64,000 nt of DNA from an uncultured Armatimonadetes bacterium (GTDB lineage: Bacteria > Armatimonadota > Hebobacteria > Hebobacterales > Hebobacteraceae): the NCBI GenBank assembly GCA_963716175.1, contig OY970296.1, forward strand, positions 576,001 to 640,000, read 5' to 3'. Shown here piece after piece: positions 38,669-48,062 of the stretch. Positions within the stretch are counted from its first letter, which is position 1. Each line of letters begins with the position of its first letter. The position numbers were made by a program, and so were the translations under genes. The notes under the pieces are model-generated. The model worked only from the letters and a program-made list of their open reading frames with translations. It ran no database searches and was not told the DNA's origin.

Positions 38669-39407
38669 TGCTATCTCCCCACAGGTGCCACCCTCCGTCC
38701 ACGTAGATCACCTGGCCGGTCACGAACTCGCTCTTGAGCAGGTAGATCACCGCGTCGGAGATATCGCTCGGGTCCCCGTGCCGCTTCAAGGGGACAGTGT
38801 GAGCCAGCCGATCGAGATGACCGGGATCCCTGCCAGGCGGTGGCAGAATCAGCCCGGGCGCCACTGCATTCACCGTGATCGCGGGCGCAAACGCGAGCGC
38901 AGTCATCCTCGTCAACGCGGAGAGCGCGTGCTTGCTGAGGATATAGGCCGCGTGCGACCAATCGTAGCCGCTGATCCTGGCGTCGAGCAGGTTGACAATC
39001 TTGCCCCGGCCCGCCGCCCGTGCGAACTCGCGGCTCAGCACCAGGGGCGCCCAAGCGTTGATCTGCATCTGCTGCACCAGATCCCCGAGGCTCGCCTCCT
39101 GCAGCGTGCCCGGCAGGAAAACCGAAGCGCTGTTGATCAGGATGTCGAGACGGCCCGCAATCTCCCAGCACCGCGCGATCAGGGACTCGTATTCCTCCGG
39201 CCGCTCGAAGTCCGCCTTCAGGGACCACGACTTGACTCCCCGCACGCCCAGCTCGGCCCGCAGCTCTTCCGCCTCTTCCGCCGAGCTGCGGTAGTGGACC
39301 ACGATATTGACGCCCTCCTCCGCGAGCGCCACCGCGATCTCGTGTCCGATCCGCTTGGCGGCACCTGTGATCAGCGCCGTTTTCCCCCGCAATGCCTCCT
39401 CGGTCAT
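38649..39407 (-). CDS. Pteridine reductase-type SDR (FolM/PTR1-like)
   Basis: TGAAKRIG (the PTR-type TGxxxRIG motif), VHYRSS, LINSASVF, YILSK and VNAVAPG. Confidence 0.85.
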   Translation of the reverse strand: MTEEALRGKTALITGAAKRIGHEIAVALAEEGVNIVVHYRSSAEEAEELRAELGVRGVKSWSLKADFERPEEYESLIARCWEIAGRLDILINSASVFLPGTLQEASLGDLVQQMQINAWAPLVLSREFARAAGRGKIVNLLDARISGYDWSHAAYILSKHALSALTRMTALAFAPAITVNAVAPGLILPPPGRDPGHLDRLAHTVPLKRHGDPSDISDAVIYLLKSEFVTGQVIYVDGGWHLWGDSSGPNPH

Positions 39408-39480
39408 CTCGCCTCCGTCCCGTCCGCTGCCGGCCAGGGCTGCCTGCGCTCATCACTCGGCGGCCAGCGTTTGCGCTGAG

Positions 39481-39813
39481 TCACTCCTTCTCATCGAGCA
39501 GCTGGTCAATCTTCGCCGCCACGACGAAGTCGTTCCGCGAGAGCCCGCCGATCTTATGCGTGGAGAGGACGAGGCGCACCTTGTTCCAGGAGATGAAGAT
39601 GTCCGGATGGTGGCCTTGCGCTTCCGCGATCTCGGCCACCTTGTCCACGAAATCCATGGCCTGGCGGAAATCCTTCAACTGGAACTGCCGCTCGATCTGC
39701 TTATCCTCGAGCGACCACCTCGGCGTCTCGCGGGCGAGCACCTCGGCTTCCGCTATCCCCAGCGGCGCGGTCCCGGCCGCGCACGGCTCGCACTTCTCCT
39801 CGACTAGCCTCAT
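39481..39813 (-). CDS. phhB: Pterin-4a-carbinolamine dehydratase
   Basis: AEAQGHHPDI and THKIGGLSRNDF..AAKID. Confidence 0.95.
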   Translation of the reverse strand: MRLVEEKCEPCAAGTAPLGIAEAEVLARETPRWSLEDKQIERQFQLKDFRQAMDFVDKVAEIAEAQGHHPDIFISWNKVRLVLSTHKIGGLSRNDFVVAAKIDQLLDEKE

Positions 39814-39829
39814 CGTGTCCTCCTTGCCA

Positions 39830-41035
39830 TCACCGGATCGCGCCCAGCAGGCTCTCCGGTTTCACCTGCTCGCCCTTCCGGATGAGGGCGCGAGCGGCCT
39901 CCACTTTCTCCCACACATTGCACATCATCACGCCCCTGATCTTCCCCTCCCGCAGATAGTAGACCACTCCGGTATCGTTCTCTTTCTGCCAGTCGGCGAA
40001 AGTGTTCAGCTCGGAGCTTACCTCGCCAACCGCCTCATACCCGAACTCGAAAAGGTCGGAGAAGAAGTACGGCATATAGGTGAAGGGCTCGCCGGCGCCG
40101 GCCATGTTTCGGCCCGCCCACCGCCCCTGATTCACTGCGTTATCCCAGTGCTCGATCCGCATGCGGCTGCCAAGCGCATGGTAGGGGAAGAGAGCGTTGT
40201 CGCCAGCAGCGTAGACATCCGGGTGGGAGGTCCGTAGATACGCGTCGACCTCAATGCCATCGCTGGTCTGTAAGCCGGCCTGCTGTGCCAGCTCGGCGGC
40301 CGGCGCGATGCCCACGCCCACGATCACCAGGTCCGAGCTGACGTGCTGTCCCTTTTGGGTGTGAGTGACGAGACCGCGACCGCTGGATGTGAACGAGATC
40401 GGCCTGTCTCCAGTCAGCATGGTCACACCGCGCTGCCGGTAGCGGCGCAGCAACTCCTGCCCCAGGTACTCGGGGAACACCCGGCGACAGAGGTAGGAGG
40501 AGGGCATCACCATGGTGACGTTCAGCTTGTTGAGGTTGAGTGCGGCCGCGATCTCCGACCCGATGAAGCCCCCTCCCACCACTACCGCCGATTTCCCCTC
40601 CGCCGCCTCCCCTCTGATTCTCAGGTAGTCGTCCAGGTAGCGGTAGTAGCAGATCCCGTCCAAGTCGCTGCCAGGCACAGGCAGGTGACGCGGGGTGCCG
40701 CCGGTGGCGAGCAACAGCTTCTGGTAGCCATACCTGTTCCCGGTGGCATCGCTGACCGTCTTCCCCGCCGGGTCCAGGCTGACCACCTCTGTGGCCAAGG
40801 TCAGCGTTACCCCATTCTGCTCGTAGAACTGGCGATCGTGAACGGAGATCTCCTCCACTTTCGTCTGGCCGAACCAGAGCTTCTTGGAGAGCGGGGGGCG
40901 GTCATAGGGGAGATGCCTCTCCTTGCCGATCAGCAGCACGGACCCGTTCCGGTCATACTCCCTGATCCCGGCCACTGCAGAAGCCCCGGCCAGCCCTCCA
41001 CCCACGATCACATACTTGTAGGCCTGGTTGGACAT
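39830..41035 (-). CDS. FAD/NAD(P)H-dependent oxidoreductase (ferredoxin reductase/MDAR-like)
   Basis: IVGGGLAG, PYDRPPLSK, LLLATG, GGGFIGSE, YAAGD, RIEHW and PYFFSD. Confidence 0.9.
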   Translation of the reverse strand: MSNQAYKYVIVGGGLAGASAVAGIREYDRNGSVLLIGKERHLPYDRPPLSKKLWFGQTKVEEISVHDRQFYEQNGVTLTLATEVVSLDPAGKTVSDATGNRYGYQKLLLATGGTPRHLPVPGSDLDGICYYRYLDDYLRIRGEAAEGKSAVVVGGGFIGSEIAAALNLNKLNVTMVMPSSYLCRRVFPEYLGQELLRRYRQRGVTMLTGDRPISFTSSGRGLVTHTQKGQHVSSDLVIVGVGIAPAAELAQQAGLQTSDGIEVDAYLRTSHPDVYAAGDNALFPYHALGSRMRIEHWDNAVNQGRWAGRNMAGAGEPFTYMPYFFSDLFEFGYEAVGEVSSELNTFADWQKENDTGVVYYLREGKIRGVMMCNVWEKVEAARALIRKGEQVKPESLLGAIR

Positions 41036-41063
41036 CAGTCGCCTCCGCCTCAGAGTCCGAGCC

Positions 41064-41072
41064 AGTATAGCA
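41064..41072 (-). promoter_or_regulatory. Extended -10 promoter (TGcTATACT) for the pterin operon
   Basis: Minus strand reads TGC-TATACT, followed by a GGAGG RBS and ATG 41035. Confidence 0.65.
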
Positions 41073-41133
41073 GCCACACAGGCATTCCCTTGGCTACCCC
41101 AGGCCACAAACGATCCGGTTGTCATCCCGCGTG

Positions 41134-41168
41134 CAAACGAGCGGGGCGCCTAGAGGCGCCCCGCTCGT
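41134..41168 (-). terminator. Intrinsic terminator after the lyxose isomerase gene
   Basis: ACGAGCGGGGCGCC-TAGA-GGCGCCCCGCTCGT, a perfect 14-bp stem with a short T run on the minus strand. Confidence 0.65.
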
Positions 41169-41174
41169 GGTCTG

Positions 41175-41200
41175 CTCTGCATCTCTGTGCCTCGGTGGTT
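41175..41200. repeat. Short dispersed repeat, CTCTGCGCCTCTGCGGT family
   Basis: CTCTGCATCTCTGTGCCTCGGTGGTT. Confidence 0.5.
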
Positions 41201-41208
41201 GGCTCGCC

Positions 41209-41784
<576 letters not shown>

Positions 41785-41794
41785 TCACCAGCCA

Positions 41795-42982
41795 TCACCT
41801 GACATCCCCCGGCCCGCGCCAGACGCCGCTCTCAGCATCCCACTCCCATCCCGGAAGCGACAGGTTGGTGGGCCCACGCTCCCACTTCGTTCGCATGCGC
41901 TGCTGCACCTCAGCCCAGCTCGGGATGCCGCTGGTAGCGTCGGCTTTCTCGACATTGCACGCGCCCACCGCCACCGCGCTGGTCACCGTCTCCTCCGGTC
42001 CCAGGCCCTCCGCCAGGCCAGCCAGGAATCCCGCGATGGTGCAATCGCCAGACCCCGTGGTCCCGGTCACCGTCACCTGAAAGCACGGGGCCAGCAGCTC
42101 CCTGCCCACCCAACGCCGGACTCCTTGCGGCGCGCAACTGCCCATTCCGGCCAGCCGGGTGATGCGGTCTGTGGTGCGGAGGTACAACCCCTCCGCCCCC
42201 AGCTTGAGCGCCACCATCCGGGTCCCCATGCGCAGCAGTTGCTCCGAAAGCTCGCCCAGGAGTGCGCCATCGAGGTGCGTGCCCAGGTCCTGGCCCATGG
42301 CATCATAGCGTTGCCGATCGAGCATGAAGAGAATCTCGTCCGCGCTCGGCATGAACACATCCACGGAAGGCAGCGCCCGCCTCAGCACTTCCAACCAGTT
42401 GACTTTTCCCGCTGCTGAGGCCGGGTCTGGCTTGGCCATGTCCAGCGAAGTGGTGACCCCCAACTCCTTCACCCGGCGCAGCAGTCTCTCCAGCTCGGCT
42501 CCCCCATTGGCGTACATCCGGCGCATCAGTGGCGGATAGCCGAAATGGAAGAGCCAGGCCCCGGCCAGCTCCCCGTAGGGTACGTCCTGCCAGCCGAACG
42601 TGTCATTGGCCCCTGGGCAATGCAGGAACATGCGATCCACCCCTGGCGGGTTGATCACCAGCGTATAGGAAGTCGGCGCCTCCTTCGTGACCAGCATCCC
42701 TTCCGCCAGCGCCGGATGGTGGCCGCGCAGGATCTCGAGCACCGCGTGGCCGAACAGATCGTCGCCCACCTTCCCCATCAACCGGGTGGGAAAGCCCAGC
42801 CGATGCAGCGCCAGGCCAGTGTTCGACACCGCGCCTCCGGTCGCGGTCACGGCGCCGCCGACATGCACCAGCTTGCCGGGAACCAGGATCTCGGTCCAAT
42901 CGCTCCCGGCTCGCTCGAATGTCGGGATGATATCCAGGCAGATATGCCCGGCCACCACCATTTGGCCTCGCTCACTGGCCAC
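41795..42982 (-). CDS. PfkB family carbohydrate kinase
   Basis: AGHICLD, GGAVSNTG, GKVGDDLFG and TTGSGD anion hole. Start moved to GTG 42982. Confidence 0.9.
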   Translation of the reverse strand: MASERGQMVVAGHICLDIIPTFERAGSDWTEILVPGKLVHVGGAVTATGGAVSNTGLALHRLGFPTRLMGKVGDDLFGHAVLEILRGHHPALAEGMLVTKEAPTSYTLVINPPGVDRMFLHCPGANDTFGWQDVPYGELAGAWLFHFGYPPLMRRMYANGGAELERLLRRVKELGVTTSLDMAKPDPASAAGKVNWLEVLRRALPSVDVFMPSADEILFMLDRQRYDAMGQDLGTHLDGALLGELSEQLLRMGTRMVALKLGAEGLYLRTTDRITRLAGMGSCAPQGVRRWVGRELLAPCFQVTVTGTTGSGDCTIAGFLAGLAEGLGPEETVTSAVAVGACNVEKADATSGIPSWAEVQQRMRTKWERGPTNLSLPGWEWDAESGVWRGPGDVR

Positions 42983-43206
42983 GGTCTCGTCTCCCTTGTG
43001 GCTCCTTATTTCGCCTGCACCCTCGAAACTCCCCTGCCGGCACACGCTGGTCTTGTGGGTAAGGCTGGACCGCCGAGCGGCTCGGCTGGCGCGAAAGGCC
43101 AGCGCGCGCTAATATAGGGTAGCTAGCGTCCTCTGCGGTCGGGAGGAACGCGAATGGCTTTGGACCCCACGCGTGTGGGCAGAGAAGAAAGAGAGAGAAC
43201 CAGCGG

Positions 43207-45477
43207 ATGGTCAAAGAGCTAGATGTGGTGCCGGATTTCACCCCGGGTTTGATCCACCTCGGTGAGATCGCCAGGTTCCAGTATCAAAGCGGGCTGCAGG
43301 ATGAGTTGGGCCAACGGCTCGACCGCGAGCAGGCAGCCGGCCTGCTGGAATGGATGTTGACCATCCGCGCCTTCGAGCAGATGATAGTTGCCCTCAAGGA
43401 GGGCACAGTCAAGCCCTGCGAGGGGTTCACTTTCACCGGCGCCACCCACCTCTCCATCGGCCAGGAGGCGGTGGCCGTGGGCACCATGGCCGCGCTGCGC
43501 CCCGATGACTACATCACCTCCACCCACCGCGGGCACGGGCACTCCATCGCCAAGGGCGCCTATGCCATCCTGGCCATGTCGGCCGAGCAGTTGGCGGAGT
43601 TCGTGGGGCGGGAGCAGGCGGCGGGCATGGGTATGCCCGACCTACGGGCCGCCGCGCTCCAGCTTCACCTGGGCCGGACTATGGCCGAGCTGCTGGGCCG
43701 AGAGGCGGGCTACTGCCGGGGGCGCGGCGGAGGCATGCACATCGCGGACTTCAATGTGGGTCACCTCGGCGCCAACGCCATCGTGGGCGGTTCGCTCGCC
43801 ATCGCCACGGGGGCCGGCCTCTCCCTGCAAGAGCTGAACCAAGACCGCGTGGTGGCCTGCCTCTTTGGCGACGGCGCCGCCAACAACGGCATCTTCCACG
43901 AGTCGCTCAACTTCGCCACCATGTCCCAGCTCCCATACGGCCTCCCGGTGATCTACCTGATCGAGAATAACCAGTACGGGATGACCGGCCAGCAGCAGGG
44001 AGAGGTCACCGGCATAGACTACCTCGCTCGCCGGGGCGCGGCCTATGCCTTCGACAACCTGCACGCGGAAGTGGTGAATGGCATGGACGTGCTGGCGGTG
44101 TGGGACGCGGTCACGCGGGCGGCGGACCTCTGTCGCAGCAAGCAGGGCCCGGTGCTGCTGGAGTGCATCACTTACCGCTACCTGGGCCACTCCCTCAGCG
44201 ATCAGAGGGTCAAGTACCGGAGCCCGGAGGAGGAGGCGGCCTGGCAGGCGCGCGACTGTGTCGAAACCTACCAGGCCGAGGTCATCGGGGCCGGGGTCCT
44301 GACCGCATCCGAGGTCACCGATCTCCGCGCGCAGGTGAATGCCCGCATCGAGGAATCCCTGCGGTTTGCCGCGCAGAGCCCCGAGCCAGACCCGGCCACC
44401 ATCTGCGAGGGGCTGTTCGCCGAGTCCAGCTCCTGCGATGTCTCGCCCGACCTGCGCACCACAGACCTGCTCAGGCCGATGAGGCGCTTCCGCCGCGACG
44501 GCAAGGGCCAGATCATGTACCGGCACGCGGTATGCGAGGCCCTGGCCGAGGAGATGGAGCGAGATCGGCGAGTGATCATCTTCGGCGAGGATGTGGCCGA
44601 CTATGGCGGCGCCTTTCAGGTGACGGTGGGGCTGCTGGAGGCATTCGGGCGGGAGCGAGTCTTCAACACCGCCATCTCCGAGGCCGCCATCGCGGGGGTG
44701 GCCGCTGGCGCCGCTATGACTGGCCTGCGGCCGGTGGCCGAGATCATGTACATAGACTTCGTGCCCCTGGCCATGGACCAGATCGCCAACCAGGCCGCCA
44801 AGACCCGCTACATGTTCGGTGGCAAGGCCAGCCTTCCCATGGTGATCCGAACTACCATCGGCGGCGGTAAGGGCTACGCGGGACAGCACTCGCAGAGCCT
44901 GGAGGCGATGTTGACCCAGATCCCCGGCCTGAAGGTGGTAGCCCCCTCCACCGCCTACGACGCGAAGGGCCTGCTGAAGACCGCGATCAGAGATGACAGC
45001 CCGGTGATCTTCATCGAGCATCAGCTTCTCTATACGGAGAAAGGCGAGGTGCCTGAGGTCGAGTACACCGTTCCACTGGGCGAAGCCGCCATCCGGCGGG
45101 AGGGAAGAGACCTCACTATCGTCGCCTACCTCAAGATGGCCGATATCGCCCTCCAGGCCGCCGAGTTGCTGGCGGCCGACGGGGTCGAGGCCGAGGTGAT
45201 AGACCCGCGCACGCTCATTCCGCTGGATGTGCACACAATCGCGAAGTCGGTGGCGAAGACCGGACGGTTGATGGCGGTCTGCCAGGCGCCCCAGACTGGC
45301 TGCTTCGGCGAGCACATCATCTACCGCGCCCAAGAGGCCGCCTTCGCCCACCTCAAGGGTCCGGCCAAGATCGTCGCCGCCTACGATATCCCGCCCCCCA
45401 TGGCCCAGAGCCTCGAGGCCGAGAACCTGCCCAGCCCAGAGAAGGTCGCGCGGGAAGCCAAAGCGATGTTCCTGTAG
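43207..45477 (+). CDS. Fused E1 alpha/beta ThDP-dependent dehydrogenase (acetoin/2-oxoacid dehydrogenase family)
   Basis: HLSIGQEA, THRGHGH, GDGA..N ThDP motif and YRYLGHS; beta half has GEDV, FNTAISE, QHSQS and IDPRTL. Confidence 0.93.
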   Translation: MVKELDVVPDFTPGLIHLGEIARFQYQSGLQDELGQRLDREQAAGLLEWMLTIRAFEQMIVALKEGTVKPCEGFTFTGATHLSIGQEAVAVGTMAALRPDDYITSTHRGHGHSIAKGAYAILAMSAEQLAEFVGREQAAGMGMPDLRAAALQLHLGRTMAELLGREAGYCRGRGGGMHIADFNVGHLGANAIVGGSLAIATGAGLSLQELNQDRVVACLFGDGAANNGIFHESLNFATMSQLPYGLPVIYLIENNQYGMTGQQQGEVTGIDYLARRGAAYAFDNLHAEVVNGMDVLAVWDAVTRAADLCRSKQGPVLLECITYRYLGHSLSDQRVKYRSPEEEAAWQARDCVETYQAEVIGAGVLTASEVTDLRAQVNARIEESLRFAAQSPEPDPATICEGLFAESSSCDVSPDLRTTDLLRPMRRFRRDGKGQIMYRHAVCEALAEEMERDRRVIIFGEDVADYGGAFQVTVGLLEAFGRERVFNTAISEAAIAGVAAGAAMTGLRPVAEIMYIDFVPLAMDQIANQAAKTRYMFGGKASLPMVIRTTIGGGKGYAGQHSQSLEAMLTQIPGLKVVAPSTAYDAKGLLKTAIRDDSPVIFIEHQLLYTEKGEVPEVEYTVPLGEAAIRREGRDLTIVAYLKMADIALQAAELLAADGVEAEVIDPRTLIPLDVHTIAKSVAKTGRLMAVCQAPQTGCFGEHIIYRAQEAAFAHLKGPAKIVAAYDIPPPMAQSLEAENLPSPEKVAREAKAMFL

Positions 45478-45540
45478 GGCGGGCATGTCTTTGCATGCCC
45501 GCCGCTTCTAGAAGCGGGCAGGGGCATGCTCCTGCCCTAC
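45474..45540. repeat. GTAG-family REP doublet (REPIN-like)
   Basis: GTAGGGCGGGCATG-TCTTTG-CATGCCCGCC followed by an inverted partner GGGCAGGGGCATGCTCCTGCCCTAC. Confidence 0.75.
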
Positions 45541-45580
45541 ATGCAGCCTGGGAAACACGGGCAGGACAGGAGGTGAGAGC

Positions 45581-46069
45581 ATGCCACTTGAGATCTCTGA
45601 GGATTTCGTCAGTCTAGCCTATCAGAGCCTGGGCTACTTCGTGATCGAGGGTCGGAAAGCTGGCAGGCGCGAGATAGACCTGCTGGCGATCCGCCTGGGA
45701 GAAGACGGCCGGGTGGCTGAACGCATCCACGTCGAGGTCAGCATCAGCGTGACTCCGGTGGGGTTTCTGCGAGCGAAGCCACGCCTGGGAAGCTCAGGTA
45801 AGGACCCCGCTGAGAGTGCCAGCGCCTGGATAAAGAGGAAGTTCACGGATCGCGACATAGAGCGAGCAGTGCACAAGGCATTGGCCGGTAAGCCAGATCG
45901 TCGGGTCTTCCTCTACGGCAGACTCAACAACGAGGAAGAGCAACTGAAGGCGTTCGAGCAGGCCGGGATGGAGTGCAAGAGCATCCGGAATCTCGTGCAG
46001 GAGGCGAGCATGAAGGGCGAGCACAACCGGCTGAAGCGCGCAGTGGACATTGCCAAACTAGTGACATGA
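45581..46069 (+). CDS. Putative PD-(D/E)XK restriction-endonuclease-fold protein
   Basis: SEDFV...LGYFV...EIDLLA...HVEVS pattern; AGGAGGTGA RBS. Confidence 0.6.
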   Translation: MPLEISEDFVSLAYQSLGYFVIEGRKAGRREIDLLAIRLGEDGRVAERIHVEVSISVTPVGFLRAKPRLGSSGKDPAESASAWIKRKFTDRDIERAVHKALAGKPDRRVFLYGRLNNEEEQLKAFEQAGMECKSIRNLVQEASMKGEHNRLKRAVDIAKLVT

Positions 46070-46104
46070 TTCGTAGGCCAGGAGACGTGCTCCTTCCCTC
46101 GCTC

Positions 46105-46440
46105 CTACCCGATCAGCTCGATCAACCCCTCGACGATCTCTGCCAGCTCGTTCGGCTCCAGGGTCGCGATGCGATCTCGGAGTCGTTCCACAGAGATAGT
46201 GCGGACTTGGGTCATCTTGACCCAAGAGTCTTTGAGCAGGAGTCCGGCGGGGAGCCTGTAGGTAAGCGGATACCCCGCGCGCTGCTCCCTGCTGGTGATG
46301 GCGAGAGCGATGACCGTGCCGGAGCGGCGATTCAGAGCATCATGACTGATGATGAGAACGGGGCGCAGGCCTCCCTGCTCACGACCTCGCACCGGGTTGA
46401 GATCGGCCCAGTAGATCTCACCTCTCAATACGTTGGCCAT
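46105..46440 (-). CDS. PemK/MazF family endoribonuclease toxin
   Basis: RGEIYWADLNP..GREQGG.RPVLIIS, AITS and QVRTISVERL. Confidence 0.95.
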   Translation of the reverse strand: MANVLRGEIYWADLNPVRGREQGGLRPVLIISHDALNRRSGTVIALAITSREQRAGYPLTYRLPAGLLLKDSWVKMTQVRTISVERLRDRIATLEPNELAEIVEGLIELIG

Positions 46441-46661
46441 GACTCATCCCCGATGCTCTCCTCGGCCATGGCCTGCTCTTCGGCGGGGTCCAGCTTGGCT
46501 GCCTCGTCGGCCAGCCGCCGCCGATGCTGTCGCCGCACCTTCTCCTCCAGCGCCGCCTGGATGGCGCGGCTGCGGTTGGGATAGCGGCGCTCGCGCACCC
46601 ACCGGTCCACCTCTTGCAGCGTCTTCTCGTCCACCGTGATCGTGATCTTACTGGTCGGCAT
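46425..46661 (-). CDS. Ribbon-helix-helix (CopG-type) antitoxin
   Basis: KITITVD...EVDRWV...YPNRSRAIQAAL with an acidic C-terminus; overlaps the toxin start by 16 nt. Confidence 0.92.
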   Translation of the reverse strand: MPTSKITITVDEKTLQEVDRWVRERRYPNRSRAIQAALEEKVRRQHRRRLADEAAKLDPAEEQAMAEESIGDESWPTY

Positions 46662-46680
46662 CGGTCTTTGCCTCGGCACA

Positions 46681-46694
46681 GTATTCTACCATAC
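46681..46694 (-). promoter_or_regulatory. TA promoter extended -10 (TGgTAGAAT) within a GTAT-N6-ATAC inverted repeat
   Basis: GTATTCTACCATAC lies 20 nt upstream of the antitoxin ATG, a typical arrangement for an RHH autoregulatory operator. Confidence 0.55.
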
Positions 46695-46718
46695 CGACCT
46701 GTGGAGTGCAGCCAGGCG

Positions 46719-46748
46719 GTAGGGGCAGGAGACACGCTCGGGCCTTCC
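46719..46748. repeat. Degenerate GTAG REP copy
   Basis: GTAGGGGCAGGAGACACGCTC resembles the reverse complement of the right arm ending at 45540. Confidence 0.4.
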
Positions 46749-46796
46749 GAAATGTAGAGTGGGTATACCGGCGCGTGCCGCCTGGGGAACCCTGCT

Positions 46797-48038
46797 ATGC
46801 ACCTGATCCTGGAAGAAGACATGGTCATCCTCTCGGCCGCTCGCACGCCGATCGGCCGCTTCGACGGCCGCCTCGCGCAGTTCAGCGCCATCGATCTCGG
46901 TGCGCTGGCCATCGGGGCCGCGGCGGGCAGGGCCGGTGTCGAACCCTCGGTCATTGACACCGTGAACATGGGGATAGTCGTTTCCTCCGGGCTCGGGGTC
47001 GGCCCGACCAAGACCGCGGCCACCCAGGCTGGCCTGCCTGCGACTGTACATTCGCGCTCGGTCGAGACCGTGTGCGGTTCAGCCATGGACGCCATCGCGC
47101 TGGCGGTCGAATCTCTGCTGGCCGGCACCGCCCGGCTCGCCGTCGCCGGCGGGATGGAATCCAGGACGAATGCTCACTACCTGCTGCGGCCGAGGTTCCG
47201 TCGAGACAGCGAGCACTACCGCGTTGGCGGCCGGCTCAAGCTCAAGCGCGGGGGCGCCTATCGCTTTCTGCTCAGCGAGAACGTCGAGGAGCAGCTTCAG
47301 GCCAGCGAGATCGTGGACCCCACCAGCTATGACGGCCTCTTCTGCGTGGATGACAGGAAGTTCATGCGTCAGTATGCGCTGGAGTTCGCTGCCAAGCAAG
47401 GCTACACTGCTGAGCTGATCAACCGCTATGCCGCCGAAAGCCATCGCAAGTCGCGAGCGGCCACCGCGGGAGGGCTGTTCCGGGATGAGATCGTGCCCGC
47501 TGAGAGCGTCCGGGACGACGACCTCGTGCCCGAAGAGCGCCTGCAGCAGGAGCTGGAGGAGAATCCCGATGACCTGGCCTCCGCCTACAACTCCTCGACC
47601 CCGGCGGATGGTGCGGCCGCGCTAGTGCTGACCACCGGTGACCGGGCGAGCGAAATGGGGCTCAAGCCAATGGCCAAGGTGCTGGGCTACGCCCGGGTGG
47701 ACAGCCCTGCTTGCGACTTTCTGCAAGCCCCGGTGGAGGCCGCCCGCGAGTTGACCGAAGCGTTGAAGGCGGCCGGGCGGGAATGTGATTTCAGCATCGT
47801 CGAAGCCAACGAGGCCTTCGGCATCCAGCTCCCGCTCTTCCTCGAAGCGTTCGCCGGGATGGCGCTCAATGTGCACGGAGGCGCCATCGCCCTGGGGCAC
47901 CCCTTGGGGGCGGCCGGAGCGAGGATTCTCACCACGCTGCTTTATGCCATGCGCAGGTACGGACACAAGCGCGGCCTCGCCACCATCTGCTATGGCGGAG
48001 GTGGGGGTTACGCCATGGGGGTGGAGGCGATTGGCTGA
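46797..48038 (+). CDS. Thiolase family protein (acetyl-CoA C-acyltransferase)
   Basis: ARTPIG, VCGS, AGGMES, ADGAAA, NEAF, GHPLGAAG and ICYGGG. Confidence 0.92.
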   Translation: MHLILEEDMVILSAARTPIGRFDGRLAQFSAIDLGALAIGAAAGRAGVEPSVIDTVNMGIVVSSGLGVGPTKTAATQAGLPATVHSRSVETVCGSAMDAIALAVESLLAGTARLAVAGGMESRTNAHYLLRPRFRRDSEHYRVGGRLKLKRGGAYRFLLSENVEEQLQASEIVDPTSYDGLFCVDDRKFMRQYALEFAAKQGYTAELINRYAAESHRKSRAATAGGLFRDEIVPAESVRDDDLVPEERLQQELEENPDDLASAYNSSTPADGAAALVLTTGDRASEMGLKPMAKVLGYARVDSPACDFLQAPVEAARELTEALKAAGRECDFSIVEANEAFGIQLPLFLEAFAGMALNVHGGAIALGHPLGAAGARILTTLLYAMRRYGHKRGLATICYGGGGGYAMGVEAIG

Positions 48039-48062
48039 CCGCCGGGCCCAGAGGCAGGAGGC

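Noticed and set aside
41036-41208. THF or pterin riboswitch ahead of the pterin operon
   Set aside because: The likely -10 element is only about 30 nt from the start codon, and the upstream hairpin is better explained as the previous gene's terminator.
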